A stretch of 63,849 nucleotides of DNA, filler included, from Sluysia triapertura (lineage: Eukaryota): NCBI GenBank assembly GCA_046118255.1. It is 5 parts of 5 records of this genome, joined end to end, with 100 filler letters (N's around TTAATTAATTAA, not from the genome) between each part and the next. Parts side by side here need not be neighbours in the genome. Positions count along the whole stretch, not along the records: positions 1 to 15,342 come from JBJNIA010230789.1; 4 more parts are not named here. One strand, given 5' to 3'. The position numbers and the translations under genes are program-made. The notes below the pieces were generated by a model, which searched no databases, had not been told where the DNA came from, and saw nothing but the letters and a program-made list of their open reading frames with translations. Shown here in pieces: positions 1-13,100 of the stretch (position 1 is its first letter; every line of letters begins with the position of its first letter).

Positions 1-240
1 ATAGATTATTTTGGATTTTATTTTTGATTAATCGTTAATAATGTCATTTTAAAGTTTCATTATATTTATATAAGTGCTGGTTATTTTTTATTTCTTGATG
101 TTCTTGATGTGTTGATTCTCGCACAAAACTTTTTAACTTCATTATGATATAATTATAATAAATATGTACTATTGTTTTATATTATTAATTCTAAGAAAAT
201 AATTATTTAATTATTTGTTGAATTTAAGTTTTATATTTAG

Positions 241-480
241 ACTCCAAATACAATACTGGAAGATGGTTCGTTGACACCTAAACAAGAAAGACGCAATACT
301 GCTGTAGACATTACAGTATCAGTGCAACAAATGTTAAGAAATCGGGTTGAATCACCAAATGTAAGGCGAAAATTTTCCGAACCACATAATAATTTCAATG
401 GCCTTGTTGATAATCGCAATATTGGTAACGATCGGCATAAATATGTTGGCCAACCTAGATTTCCACCAAAAAATAGACCG
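241..480 (+). CDS. MAP4K4: MAP4K4/MINK1/TNIK-like kinase, internal exon (low-complexity linker; kinase domain lies upstream of the window)
   Basis: Acceptor tttag at 240, open frame TPNTILEDGSLTPKQERR...PPKNRP, donor gtttct at 481. Phase-0 chain leads to the CNH exon at 9146. Gene identity is inferred from the CNH exon. Confidence 0.65.
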
Positions 481-797
481 GTTTCTTCATATGTTATATT
501 AATTTTTATTTTTCATTTTAATAAAGCATGAGCATCTTAATAACACAGTTTTCGAGGAACACATTTACAATATAAACAAAGAAACTTTTCACATAAACAA
601 TTGATTTTTTGTTCCAAAATTAACATTCTAATGAATGAATTTCTAGAACATTTTCTATGATACTAGCAAAATTTCAAAAAAAATGTTTAGCATAATCGAA
701 ATGTTTTCCTACACTATGTTAATTAAATTTGTTATAATTAACTATAAAGTTTTGTGGGTGGCAATTCATATTTAATCATTATGTTATTTCAATTTAG

Positions 798-905
798 ATT
801 GGTGATGATGTACATAAGAAAATGATTCAAAATAGACTGAATAAAGATGATAATAATGCAATAAGTTTATCAACTTTATTAACTCAAAGTCAAGTTATTG
901 ATGAA
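798..905 (+). CDS. MAP4K4: MAP4K4-like kinase, internal exon (36 aa)
   Basis: tttag|IGDDVHKKMIQNRLNKDDNNAISLSTLLTQSQVIDE|gtaag; phase 0/0. Confidence 0.65.
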
Positions 906-1833
906 GTAAGATAATGTTTAATTATTTTTGTTCAACATTGATAAATGTAATTTGATTTAAACTTTAATTGTTAAGTAGTATTTTAACTCTTTGATCGATC
1001 ATACATTATTCACAAATAGTTGGTGGAAAGGATACACACGTTTCTTAGATTTTTAATCCGAATCTGCTTATTCCGATGTAGATATTGTCTGCATTTTGTA
1101 TGGATAATACAACTAATTCAAGACACTTTTTGCTCCTTTAAATGGCTTTAAAAATTCTTTAATGCATTTAGTATGCAACAATAAAAAATACAAAATTTAA
1201 ATTTATGGTTTAATAAATTATTTTTCAAGTTTTATCATAAAAATCTGTTATGTTTTACCGCCAAAATTTAGACTAATTTCCAAAATTCGTTCTAATTGAT
1301 TGATTGATTCATATGCACCGTTATTATAATGCTCATTAAGATTTCTAACGAACGGTTTTAAATTTATCAAGCATTTGAGGTACTTGTTCTTCATCATCTG
1401 GGTAAATAGTAATCTTTATTTTCTTGCTGTATAAAGAAAGAAATGATACTTTTTATAAAATACATATATGCGTTTTCCAGCAAATTTAGTTCTCGTTTTT
1501 AACGGAACACTTGTTTATCTAAAACGGAAGTGTTCTGTGTAACACTTAATAACACTTAATAGTTAATAACCAATAGTTTTAAATAAAGCAGTGTTCATTA
1601 ATCGTCTTTGTTGATGATTAAAATTATCAATGCTTTTATATATTTAAAACGTCACGGTAATAAAAATTGATACTGCATATCAATAAATTAGTTATTAATT
1701 ATTATGATTATGACATTGTCGTAGTGAAATTAATTGATATTTGATGTGCAATGTCTATAGTTTGTACAATGGAGTTATTTTATTAAATATTAATCGGCTG
1801 TAGATAATAAGTTTGAGTTGTTCTTCACTAACA

Positions 1834-2200
1834 ATGTCATCAAATAAAAATGAACAAACCAAAAACTTAACGTCCCTGAATCGAAAGATTTTGCGCATAA
1901 AGCACATATCCTCTTTTGTCAAGGTGGCACATTTTTTGCATTCCTTGCATTTTGTAGAGAAATGGCATTATTCCGACCACATAATGTTAACCAAGATTTC
2001 TATGTTCTTGAAGAGTCAACTTGCAAAGTAAAGTCGATTTGCCGCGTTTTTAGGTTTAAGTTACATAATGTGGTGAACCTTAAGGAAACATTCAAAACTG
2101 AGACTATTCGATCGGGAATATCAGTTCGATTTTTTAAACGAACACAAACTTATTTTGGACACATTTCAGTGTACCTTTTATTAATGCATACCATTTATAC
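1834..2200 (+). pseudogene. Unknown small protein (family X, copy A), frameshifted, inside a MAP4K intron
   Basis: ATG at 1834 (MSSNKNEQTKNLTSL...VAHFL), shifting into ORF 1962 (ALFRPHNVNQD...RFKLHNVVNLKET..TETIRSG). Collinear similarity to the minus-strand ORF 22293-22601. Confidence 0.45.
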
Positions 2201-2562
2201 TTCGTGTATTAAAAAAATTAATTTATGCTGCTTCAATTCTTATAGTTCAGTAGTTGGATTTTTAAAAATTATAATTTTCTGGAATTTCTTTCATTGGCTG
2301 ATGATAAATAAGGAATTAAAATTGTGCTTTACTTATGTAAAGCATGTATAATATCTTATTTTTATGAAATCGTTATAATTTTTTTGTATTGCTACTTAAG
2401 GAATATTTATGATAAAATCAAAATGTAAAAAATGCCAAATTAATAAAAATCCTAATTTCTACTCAAAGTTGGATAAGCTACTTTAAATAATCATGGTTGA
2501 TATTTTTATAAAAGTTATTTGATTTTTGAATTGCTTTATTTTATTTGTTATTTATAACAAAG

Positions 2563-2848
2563 GAAACATCAGATGCATTGAAATCACCAATTAAAATACC
2601 AAATAGTGGTGATAATTTCTTTCACAATGGTCCTAATGATCGCGTAAAATCTCATCACGAGCAATCAATTCAACAATCTAATCATCATGGTATACGAATG
2701 AATCCTTATCTGCCTCATAATCTATCAGCGGTAAATCTCACCAGTCACAATTCTAATAATAACTTTCACCGAGATGATATAACTAGGTAAATTTTTTCCA
2801 TTTGTTATGAATCATATTTCTATTATTTTCAGACATACACACAATGAG
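2563..2848 (+). CDS. MAP4K4: MAP4K4-like kinase, exons 2563-2786 and 2833-2848 (16-nt micro-exon)
   Basis: aag|ETSDALKSP...HRDDIT-ag|gtaaat, a 46-nt intron, then ttttcag|a cat aca cac aat gag|gttatt. The micro-exon restores phase 0 for the next exon. Confidence 0.6.

Positions 2849-2849
<1 letters not shown>

Positions 2850-2911
<62 letters not shown>
2850..2911. repeat. (TAT)n microsatellite starting in the splice donor at 2849
   Basis: Visible tandem repeat. Confidence 0.95.
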
Positions 2912-2913
<2 letters not shown>

Positions 2914-3899
2914 AACAAAAGACCATAACAATTAGAAATGCTTTTGTAATAAAACAATTTTATTTTTAATTATTTGACTCTTTCAATCATAGTGTGATAC
3001 ATATGCCCAATAAATTTCAAATAAACACTGCAAAGAAAAAACTATTTAATTTATGCTGTCCCGGGACACTTTCGTAGGTATAATACTGAGTTTTTTGATG
3101 AGTTTGCGGGTTTGTAAAAGTTGTAATATTGCGCATTACAAGTAGTGTTCAGAACGTTGTATGTAGGACAAATTTGTCTCAATAAAAATACTATAGCGAC
3201 ATATACATCCCACCAAGTCGCTCAATTACTAATTAAAAATATGGCATACTGAACATATTTCTTGTATGTGTATGTATATTAGTGCTTATTATACTAGAAT
3301 TAGTGCTTATACTAAAATTGTTTAGATGTCTGTTGGTAAATCGCAATCATTCAGTTTTGCCTTTTCTTACGCTTAGTGGTTACTTTAAAGTCGAATAGGA
3401 AAATTTTATTTAGAATGTTTCATAAAGTTGCTAGTCTGATAGCATTTGAAGAAATACTGGATTTTAAAGTAGAAAATCAATATTGTCAAATATTCGCATT
3501 GCTCGTGCTGTGTTCTATCTGATAAATTTACTTCTTTTCAAATTTTTAAAAAATAACAGTGTTTTCAAACTATTTCTTCTCAAGCTTATGAAAATGTTTG
3601 TGTCTTAGTGTCTGAAATGTTGCAACAATTTTTCAGACAGAATGGAAACATTTTAATTTTGACTGTTTATATAAATAACAATGTATTTAAACGTTTATAT
3701 TGATTGTGTAAATAAATCAAGTTTCTCTGTATTTAGATTTAAAAGTTATTAACTTTCAAAGTTATATAGTTATACAAAAATGAACTCCTTAAACACTAGA
3801 ATTAAATACGTGTAGTACATTGTTTAATTATCTCATTGTTTAGTTATCTCATTAATGTTTTGATAGGTTTGCTAATTTTTATGTTTAAGTATTATTTTA

Positions 3900-4400
3900 G
3901 AACGCACTGTGTGCATACAAAACAAAATTACTCGTTAATAATGATATACATTATTGCTAATTTACGGAAGAATCAACTTCCTAAAGTGATTTTTTGAATA
4001 GCTAGATTCTATGTATGTTATAAAAACGGAATAAAAATCATGCCAAATATTTATTTTTGGATTTTTCGGCTAGTTTGTAAAGATAAGCAGTAACTCGACA
4101 ATAAACTCTGATAAGATCACTAATTATAAAAAATGGATAAACGGGAAGTTCAAAATATGCAAAACGACTTGAATACATTTATACATTAATAAAAATTTTA
4201 AAATACTAAATTTTTTGTTAATGTTTGTATAATACATGATAAAAGTTTGCAAATTGAAAGAAGTAGCATGGAAAGATTAGTTAAATAATATAAACTCTAG
4301 GTCATCTTTCATTAAAGTGGATGTAAGATTTCTTATTAAAGAGAAAACGCGGCATTAAATATGAGAATTAATTGAAACACGTTTACAAATATTTTAGAAT
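3900..4400 (+). mobile_element. Highly decayed non-LTR (LINE) reverse transcriptase remnant
   Basis: Fragments LFLDFSAS (cf. FLDFSKAFD) and MQNDLNTFI (cf. LQxDL) in the expected order; many stops. Confidence 0.35.
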
Positions 4401-5559
4401 TCAAAAATAGAAAAAAATACATTTCGTGTAAATTTAAAATTTCATTCGTTTTTCGTTGTGGATAAGCACAAACAATATGTTAATGAAAGTGCATTGTATA
4501 AGCTTTATCATTATGCTAATTATGTCTATTATTAATAAAGTAATAGTGTTTTAAAAAATAAATAAGTGTTAAAAATATAGTATTTTTAATATTTATTTAT
4601 GTAAAATTATTTTATGTATTTGTGAGTTACTGACTTGTTTTTATTGTCAGTCTTATGAAGTAAATTTATTTTCTGTTAAGTCTTTACTACGTATTTTGAT
4701 TTGTTCTGAAGGTTAGTCTTTACTCTTCTCTTATGTAAGAGATAGAAGAGCTGTAAATAGCTTCTTAAAACGTTCTTTTTGATCGGTATGTGACGTCATT
4801 TGTTTGTGTGTTGGTAAGATTTATATGATGTTAATAATAATGTGTGGCTAAAGATGTACGAAGAAACCGTTTATGTGATGTTGAAGGTTTATGATGATAT
4901 TTATGCTGATTTAATCATGCAGGATGGTATTTACATTAAGGTTCATGGTTTGAATGTTTAAGTTTGCAAGGTATATTGCATATTGTTAAATAAAGCTCGA
5001 GTGGTATTTTGAATATGTAATTATCGTTGATCGTACAATTTAATGTAAGAGAATTAAATGTATATGTTTATTGAATGAAAATTTATAATCAATCTGTTTT
5101 GCGAAATGATAAAAAGATGAATGTAATTAGGATGGTATTTCCTAGAAAGCATGAATTTTTTTTGCAAGATAAATGATGTAAGCAGATGTGAACTAACGAT
5201 TTCGTATGTAGTCTAAGTGTTAATTGGAATACATGGAAGTGTCATAACAGTGTAAGTAAGCAAGTATGATATTTATGTATAAGTATGTTACTAAGTTTAC
5301 AATCATTGTATCTACAAAATAAATTTTATTTAGAATTTTATTCATCATAAAAACAAATTGTTTAATATTAAATGAAATTGATTTTTGAATATATCTTTAT
5401 TAATTCTTCGTTAAAATGTTCTCCATCGATCAGGATAAAGCATATTTTAAAGTTATTATTGCAGGGTTGAATTACCTGAGAACAAATAAAAAATTTATCA
5501 GCCTAAATGTGAAATGAAAGTTTAGGACCAACAACAACTGTCTTAGGAACGTAAATGTA

Positions 5560-6012
5560 GTAGTTAACATTATCTGTTTGATGAACTTCGTAAACATTAG
5601 TAATTTCGTAGCAAGACTGTTTTATTTCGTTAACTTTATGAAATTGCAGACCTTTAAGAATACCAAAGCTTTAATAACGTAACTCTGTTTCATTAACTTT
5701 ATCAAATGGACTTTCACCACTTGGATGTTTTATTTCATTAACTTGAACTTATTGGTGAGCTTTACGAGTATTGAGGATTTCATAATATAACAGTTCTATT
5801 TCATTAACTTTATCTAATTGATTAACTTTATGAGTATTAAGGCTTTCATAACATGATTGTTTTATTTCAATAATTTTGTCTATTTGAGGAGCTTCATAAA
5901 CGTTAAGGATTTCACAACATAACTGTTCCAATTCAGATAATGAAAGGCAACCATCGTCATCATTTTGAATCTCATTAAATTTGCTTAGTTTCAGCAAAAA
6001 TCTGGTAGACAT
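5560..6012 (-). pseudogene. Tandem 21-22-aa repeat protein of unknown function, antisense in a MAP4K intron
   Basis: ORF 5749-6012 and its continuation past the stop repeat a unit DKVNEI(K/E)(Q/L)xxYEILNxxxxxQ with a period of about 63-66 nt, roughly 6 times. Confidence 0.5.
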
Positions 6013-8390
6013 CTTTTATATTTTTGAAAACAATTTTTTTGTTATTTGTCTAATTTAATTGCCAACTATTTTGTGAGTATAAAATTTTATTTGAATTCCG
6101 TATATTTTAATTGAGTCTCTATTCTAATTTCTAACTGTGAATCTATGACTCTTTTTTAATTGTGAGTTACCACTTTTAATTGTGACTAATTTTTATTTAT
6201 TATCAAATTTTCAAAATTCATAAAACATGCATACATAGTTTTTACATACTTCCACTGGTCTCATTACAAATTATTTTTAAAATAATATATACATGTCCAT
6301 TGAAATGTGAATTGACACTGAGGTAGCATTGTTAAAAGTTTGATATTTTGTTAAATTTGTAATGTTCAGTTTTATTATTATTATTATTAACATTTTATCA
6401 TGCTTATTATTAAATATTCAATAATACATAATTTATATAAACTTATATTTTCCATTTTCACTTTTCTCCAAAAAATAAATACATGAATGGAAATATAACT
6501 CCTTTCTCTTCTCAATATTGTTGATACTTTTAAGCCTATTTATGTAAAAAGAAACATTTCTGTTCTATACTTGATGTTCCTTAGACAATTTAACTACTTT
6601 GAATTTGTATTCTTTAACTTTATTTTATTCTACGTTCATGTTTTAGGTTTTCTAAACTTTGTTCTTTTTCTTGTTTATACAATAGTTGCTGTGTTGATTT
6701 TTCTTCAATATTGTATTTCAGATTGTTTGATTCATAATTGTTTTTCATTGAGTTAAAAGTTTCACGAAGGTTAAAATTTATTTCATTTTTTAGTGGTTTA
6801 ACTTTTGATAATTGTTCTTCAATTATTTAGTTTTTAAATTGTATTTTAATAAAATTTTCAGTAAAATATTGAACCACCCCAATTCGATATATGTAATTGT
6901 TTACGTTAGACAATAACAAAAAGTCGCGCGTAATTTCCGTCAATATTCGTAAAATATATTTTATTTACTCAATGAATTTATTTTTGAATATTATATTACT
7001 TTATGAGTTTATATTCAATATAACTTAATTATCAAAAGTTTCATTTGAATAAACCTGATCAGTTGTGCTAATTTTAATTCAATAAACGAATTCAATTACG
7101 AATAACTTACTGAAATGTTGCTCCTTATGTAGAGATTATACAATAAATTTCAATAGTAATTTCTAATTTCAATAATTATATTATTAATTTATTACACTAT
7201 AAATTCCATTCCATAATAATTGTTCCAATATTAATATATTCTATAGTCAATATATTTCGGTAATTGCAATATTAATTTACTATATTATAATTTCCATTCT
7301 GTAATAAATAATATTAATAATTTCCATAGTTATTCTATAATAACTATTTAATTCAATTCTATAATTTTTATAAGTAATAATAATTATAACTTTAATGGTT
7401 TAGTAATTATTAATTATAGCACAATTTTATTTAATAACTTATAATATTTTATATAATTTTATAAGTAATATATAATATTTGTAATATTTAATAACATTTA
7501 ATTTTAATTTTATTTTAACTAATTTTTATTTATAACGTATCGTAAATTTTTACACTAATGCCTTAAAAAATATTTTAATAAATATTTTTGTCTAGAAATT
7601 ATTGATTGATTTCAAATTTATGAAAACTAAGTAACAAAGATTTATCTTGTACGATTGATCAACTTGTACTGTTAATATGGATCATGGAACAATATTTATT
7701 GTGAAGTAGAAAGTATTATTATTAACAATGGCGCTTTATCCACGATGCTTTCTGAATATTAATTAAGTGTAATTGATTGTTGCTTTCTACGTTCATGCCT
7801 GTTTGTTAATTTTTAACTGCTACTTCGCTGTTTAAAGGTATTTCTACGTACTTATATGTAAATGTTCTAATAGTTTTAAGTTGCAAAGTGGATGTTAAAG
7901 TATTGAAAAGAAAGTTTTTATTTTCAAAGGTGGTTGTTTTGTATTTTAACAATGAAAATTATATAGTTTTAATAAATATTAATTTCTTTGTACAACAAAT
8001 AATTTAACTTTCTAATTCTATGAGTAGATATCTAGTTTAGTTTTATTAATTACATATGTTAATCTGGGTTATAATTAGTACGTAATATGTAAGGTAGAGG
8101 TTGGTTTTAATTATCTCTGGTAAAAGAGTTGAAAGTAACGTTATAAAAGCTTAAATTTAATTAATGTCTTAGCTATCTACACTATGAAATTCCCAAAATA
8201 TTAACAAAATAAAAAATGAATAATTTAAATATAGTTTTATATCTCAAGCTAGAATAATAACTTACTATATTCTAATCTTACATAATGCTTGAAAAATATA
8301 TTACATAACGTTATAATGCATTTATTTTGTCTAATTTGTGCATATATAATAAATATGATTTTGAAAATAAAAAAGGTTCTATCTGCCTAG

Positions 8391-8639
8391 GGTGGATTTA
8401 AATTAAACGACGCTATTCTTCCTGATGGTCATTCAAAGCCTCACAGTGGTGGACTTATAAAACAAAACAGTGCACAAGCGCTCTCTAATTATGAAGTATT
8501 AATTGTTTTATAAAGTTCATATTTTTAAAATAAATATTTCTTGTTAATTTTTAAATTATTTTACATTTACCTTATTAAGAATTTACAGGATCGATTTTCA
8601 AACATTCGACACAGTACTTCTGGTCAAGCATTAACAGAG
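8391..8639 (+). CDS. MAP4K4: MAP4K4-like kinase, exons 8391-8495 and 8589-8639
   Basis: cctag|GGFKLNDAILPDGHSKPHSGGLIKQNSAQALSNYE|gtatt and tacag|DRFSNIRHSTSGQALTE|gttagt; both phase 0/0. Confidence 0.65.
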
Positions 8640-9145
8640 GTTAGTGTATTATCGGTCTTAGTTTTTGAGCATTTATAAATGTTAAATGTTTATAAGTGTA
8701 TATAATATGAATAATTGTTGGTTCACATAGGTAAAATTAAACATCCTTCAAATTAATTTATGCATTATATTTTATTATAATAAATTTAAATAATCATAAA
8801 ATAACTTAGGTGTTTTGAATTATATTATAAATTTATACTATAACACAAAATCTGCAAATTCTCCCAACCCTAACAAGTTATTGATTACAATCTAATAAAA
8901 TCCCAAAGAATTACCATTAATGTTAATACAATGACAAGACGTTTATGAAAAAAGGGTGTCATTGTGGCACATTTTCATTTTATGAACAGAACTGTAAGAG
9001 AAATTCAGAATTTCGAGATATTTTATGATGTAAGACCGTGAGTTTTGGTTAAAGTTATGTGGTACTGCTTTTTTCATCTTTCTGATCTTTAGAGCACCTT
9101 GAACCATCCCATCCTGTATTTTACATTATTTATTTTATATTTTAG

Positions 9146-10037
9146 ATAAAATCAAACAGTTTAGAAAATAAAGAGGATTTACTCAAAAAGAAAATATCAG
9201 CTGATATATATTGTGCTGCATTTTGGGGTGTCAATGTAATTATTGGAACATCACTTAGTTTAGATCTTATAGATCGTAGTGCTGGTGGAAAAGTGTGCCA
9301 TTTAGTTTCTAAAAAAAATTTAGTTTCTAAAAGAAATTAGTGCTCTTATTGCTATTTCTGAGCAAAATAGAAAGTTACAACTATATTCATTGGAGTGCTT
9401 TACATTTAAATCGATTGATAAAGAATATGATAGGACTTCAGAGATATTTAACATAGGAGAAAGCGTTCGTGAATAGTTAGAATAAAAGAAATAATATTTC
9501 TCGTGGTTGCTTTTCCGAACAGTATTGTTTTGAACAGTAGGGCTACGCGGCCATATTTAAAATTTATGGAATATAAAAAATACAATGATTTGTGTTGTCA
9601 GCCTTTGATGGTAAATTTAATTTGTGAAAATGAAGAACTTTTACATTCCAAATTTGCCAATGATTCCATATGCTATTTTAAAATTGCTAGAAACGCAAGG
9701 ATCAAATTTGCTACTCTGTTACAATAGTGAAGGTAACTATGTAGACAGAAGCGGTAATCGGGTGAATGATACGACATTAAAATGGTCAGCAGAACCTCAT
9801 ATTCAGTCTGTAGAACCGGTTTGTAATTGATAAAGATTTGTGGTATGGGCTAATAGAGTAATTGAAATTCGTGATACTACTGCAGGTGATTTACGTGGTG
9901 TACATCCATTACGCGATGATTGGTGTCGTCAACGAATGTTATGTGAACAAGCCGGTAAACTAATTTATTGTTGGTCAACTTCAAAATCTAGTTCTAGCTA
10001 CAGAATTGGTCTGATGGATATAAATGAAGTTCATTAG
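9146..10037 (+). pseudogene. MAP4K4: Terminal exon encoding the CNH (citron homology) domain of a MAP4K4/MINK1/TNIK/misshapen kinase; disrupted
   Basis: ADIYCAAFWGVNVIIGT..LIDRSAGGKV, RPYLKFM, QPLMVNL, LLLCYNSEGNYV and WANRVIEIR are collinear with MAP4K4 CNH (EILCAALWGVNLLVGT..LLDRSGQGKV, KPYHKFM, KPLLVDL, MLVCYEDEGVYV, WGEKAIEIR). Frameshifts near 9330, 9473 and 9635; in-frame stops at 9828-9833. Confidence 0.85.
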
Positions 10038-10077
10038 TGAATTTGATATAAATTTGGTGTTTCATTTTTTTGATTAT

Positions 10078-10080
<3 letters not shown>

Positions 10081-10109
<29 letters not shown>
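10081..10109. repeat. (AT)n microsatellite
   Basis: Visible tandem repeat. Confidence 0.95.
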
Positions 10110-10112
<3 letters not shown>

Positions 10113-13100
10113 GTGTAGTTTGATAACTACATTACGAAAATGTATTGTATGAATTACACTCCTGTCCAAAATTGAATTACTAATCGATGATGGTAAAAAC
10201 CGATATTTCTTTTTAATTTACAATTAATTATTTGTACATATTATTCTTATTTTGTACTGTACAATTTTTAAATTGATTTTTATTTTTTCACAAAATATTT
10301 TTAACAAAATTCTTTTCTCAAACTCATCAACTTCTCGTATTATTTAATAAAGTGGTCGACTAGATTACATTAAAAAGCTACTATAATAAAATAAAAATAA
10401 TTATGTAATTATCCTTTTCAAAATTATCAAAATGAGTTTTTTAAAGTAATATATTGCTTAGAAATTATAAAAACAAATTGGTACTAAATTTTTATCTATT
10501 GTCTTTTTGACTAGCACTCCAATTATTTAATTTTAAAGTTATTGTCTAGTTTTATAGTATAATTTTTGCGTAATTTTAGTAAGATAATCGTAAAATTATT
10601 CACATTAATGTTAATTTTATTTTAGTAGTTTTTAAATTTTTGTCGCCACCGAATGTTGAAAAATTAATAAATCGACATCAAACAAACCCAATTCTGCAAT
10701 ATTGCAATGATTATGATTGCATAATTTTTTATCTCAGAAAATAGTAATTATAGATGAAACAAAACTATACTTCAAATGTTTTTGTGCTATTTGTGTTTCT
10801 GGAAAAAATTTAGTTTTATGTTTCTAAAGTTTTGTTTAAATAGATTATTTCTGTTACATTGAGTAATATAAGTTGCTCTTTAAAAAACGAAAGATATGAA
10901 TTATTTTCAGTCTTATTTTTTTAATTACTTATTTTTTAATAAGTAATAATTGTCTCTTCCAAACATTATGAATTATAAATTTTAGTAGGATTTTAAATGC
11001 AATATGTAAACCAAAATACAAACCAATAAGTTTTAATGGTTTAGTTTAATTATAAATCTATTTACAGATAAATTTGTAATGAGTTTAAAGTGATGGTTTC
11101 TATTTAATACATTATAGTTTTAATTGATTTGTTCGAATGTACAGAACCACGGTATGTCTGTGACTATTACATTATTCATTACTCGAATGATCAATGGTTA
11201 TCTTATATGAAATAGTAAAATTTAATTTAAATGAATTATTGTAATTTTCTTTTTTTTGACTCAGTATAAATTTTAATAGTAGATATAAATTTAAACTCGA
11301 TATTATTAGTACTTGAAGACGAATACATGATGTTCTGAATTTTCATTTATCTACTTTTGTGATGCTATACAAATCGGTAATGTTCAATGATAAATATAAA
11401 GTGATATTGTTTTTATATTTTATTCACTATTACGTAGAATTAAAAGTGCAATTGAAATTTAAACCATGCACACCATGATGAAAGTGCACATAAGTTTGCT
11501 ACTTTAATTTGAATACTAATGTCATTTTACATTTATATTTCGATCAGCGCATTAGACAGATCATATTTTAGTTAAGATTAATTTCGATTTATTATTAAAG
11601 TCATGAAATATAAAATAACTAAAAAATAATTTATAAAAAAGCTCATAATTCTATATTTTTTACACTTTTTAAAACTTTTAATTCAAATGGTAAATTGTTT
11701 TTGAATATTTTAATGTACTATTTTTTAAATGAAATTTTGTTTGATAATTTTCTTTAAACGATGGTTTAAATTATACCATTGTCAAAATTTATTTAAGATT
11801 TTGTATTTTTTTCTGGCTTTTAACATAAATATTATACTTAATTAAAATTATTTATTAAAACAGTGCATTACAGATCAATGTAATATTTACAAACTTCATT
11901 ATACTACGAAAGAATTATTTATTTAATCTTCCATTGTCCGGAGAGTTCTTGTTTCAACGGTTTTGTCTATTGAACTTTTTTATGACAAATTTTTGTAATG
12001 TTTTATTTAAAAAATTAAATTATTTTTAAAAATGGTATAATTTTCAAATTGGGTATTTTGAACAGGTATGTTCTATTAATTCCATATTGATTTTGTTGCT
12101 TTATGATTTGTTTTATTAATAATCTCCACACTAATTTATTTCATTGGTGCCTGATTGGTTTGTCATTTTGTTTTATTTCACTTTTAAATTTTTAAAGTTT
12201 TTATTTGCCTTTATTATTTTTTGTATTGTGTTAATATTTCATATAGTTTTTGTTACTACAATATTTTTAAGAAAATAAAGGTATTTTTATACAATTTAAA
12301 TAGATATTATTATTATTATATTATCATTATTATTATAATTATTAGTAACATGTACTTGTTATAGATGTTAATTCTGTAAATGATTTTTGTTGAATATATA
12401 TAACATGGGTTTAAAAATTTAAAAAGTTGAAAATTTAAAGTGAAATTTAATCATTATACGTATAGTGTAATTAGAATTTTGTTAAATTGTGCAACACTAT
12501 AATTTTATTTTAATTTATAAGCTAATTTATGTTAAAACAACGATATTTCGATTTTTATATCACAATTTATGTAGAGTAAATAATGATGGGTTATTCAAAA
12601 ATCTATAATGACTACTGATAAATGATAACTGGAATGTGTTTACGAAGAAGGCAGTTATATTTTAGAATAATGTGTTCGATTATAAACGTTGTATAAATTC
12701 ATTTTAAATAAAAATAATTATACAATAAATTTAAATAAAGGATCTTCAACCTTTGTGTAAATAATTTTCGTAAACTATATGTAATCTTTAATCTTTTAAA
12801 CAGGAAGTTATTAGCCTTTTAAACTCTTACATATTAATATCAAACTAAATATTTAATAGATAATTAGGTTTTTATATTAATTTCATTGGTTTTCGTTTTC
12901 CAAAAAATTAACAGATGCTTTAAAATTGTTCCTTTACAGTTTAAATATATTTTAAATAATGAGTTTTACCAAAGTAAGTGTCTTGCATATTAATGGAAGG
13001 CACCTCTGTAGAATTTTCCTTTTTGTATGTTACCCGAATTTTTTTGGCGATTGTCATAATTTCTTATGATTGTTAATCATACTAGTTTATAATTGAAACG

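Noticed and set aside
9305-9323. 19-nt GT..AG micro-intron that would repair the first CNH frameshift
   Set aside because: It would delete conserved residues, the lesions at 9473 and 9635 have no equivalent fix, and the shortest well-supported introns here are 42-46 nt.
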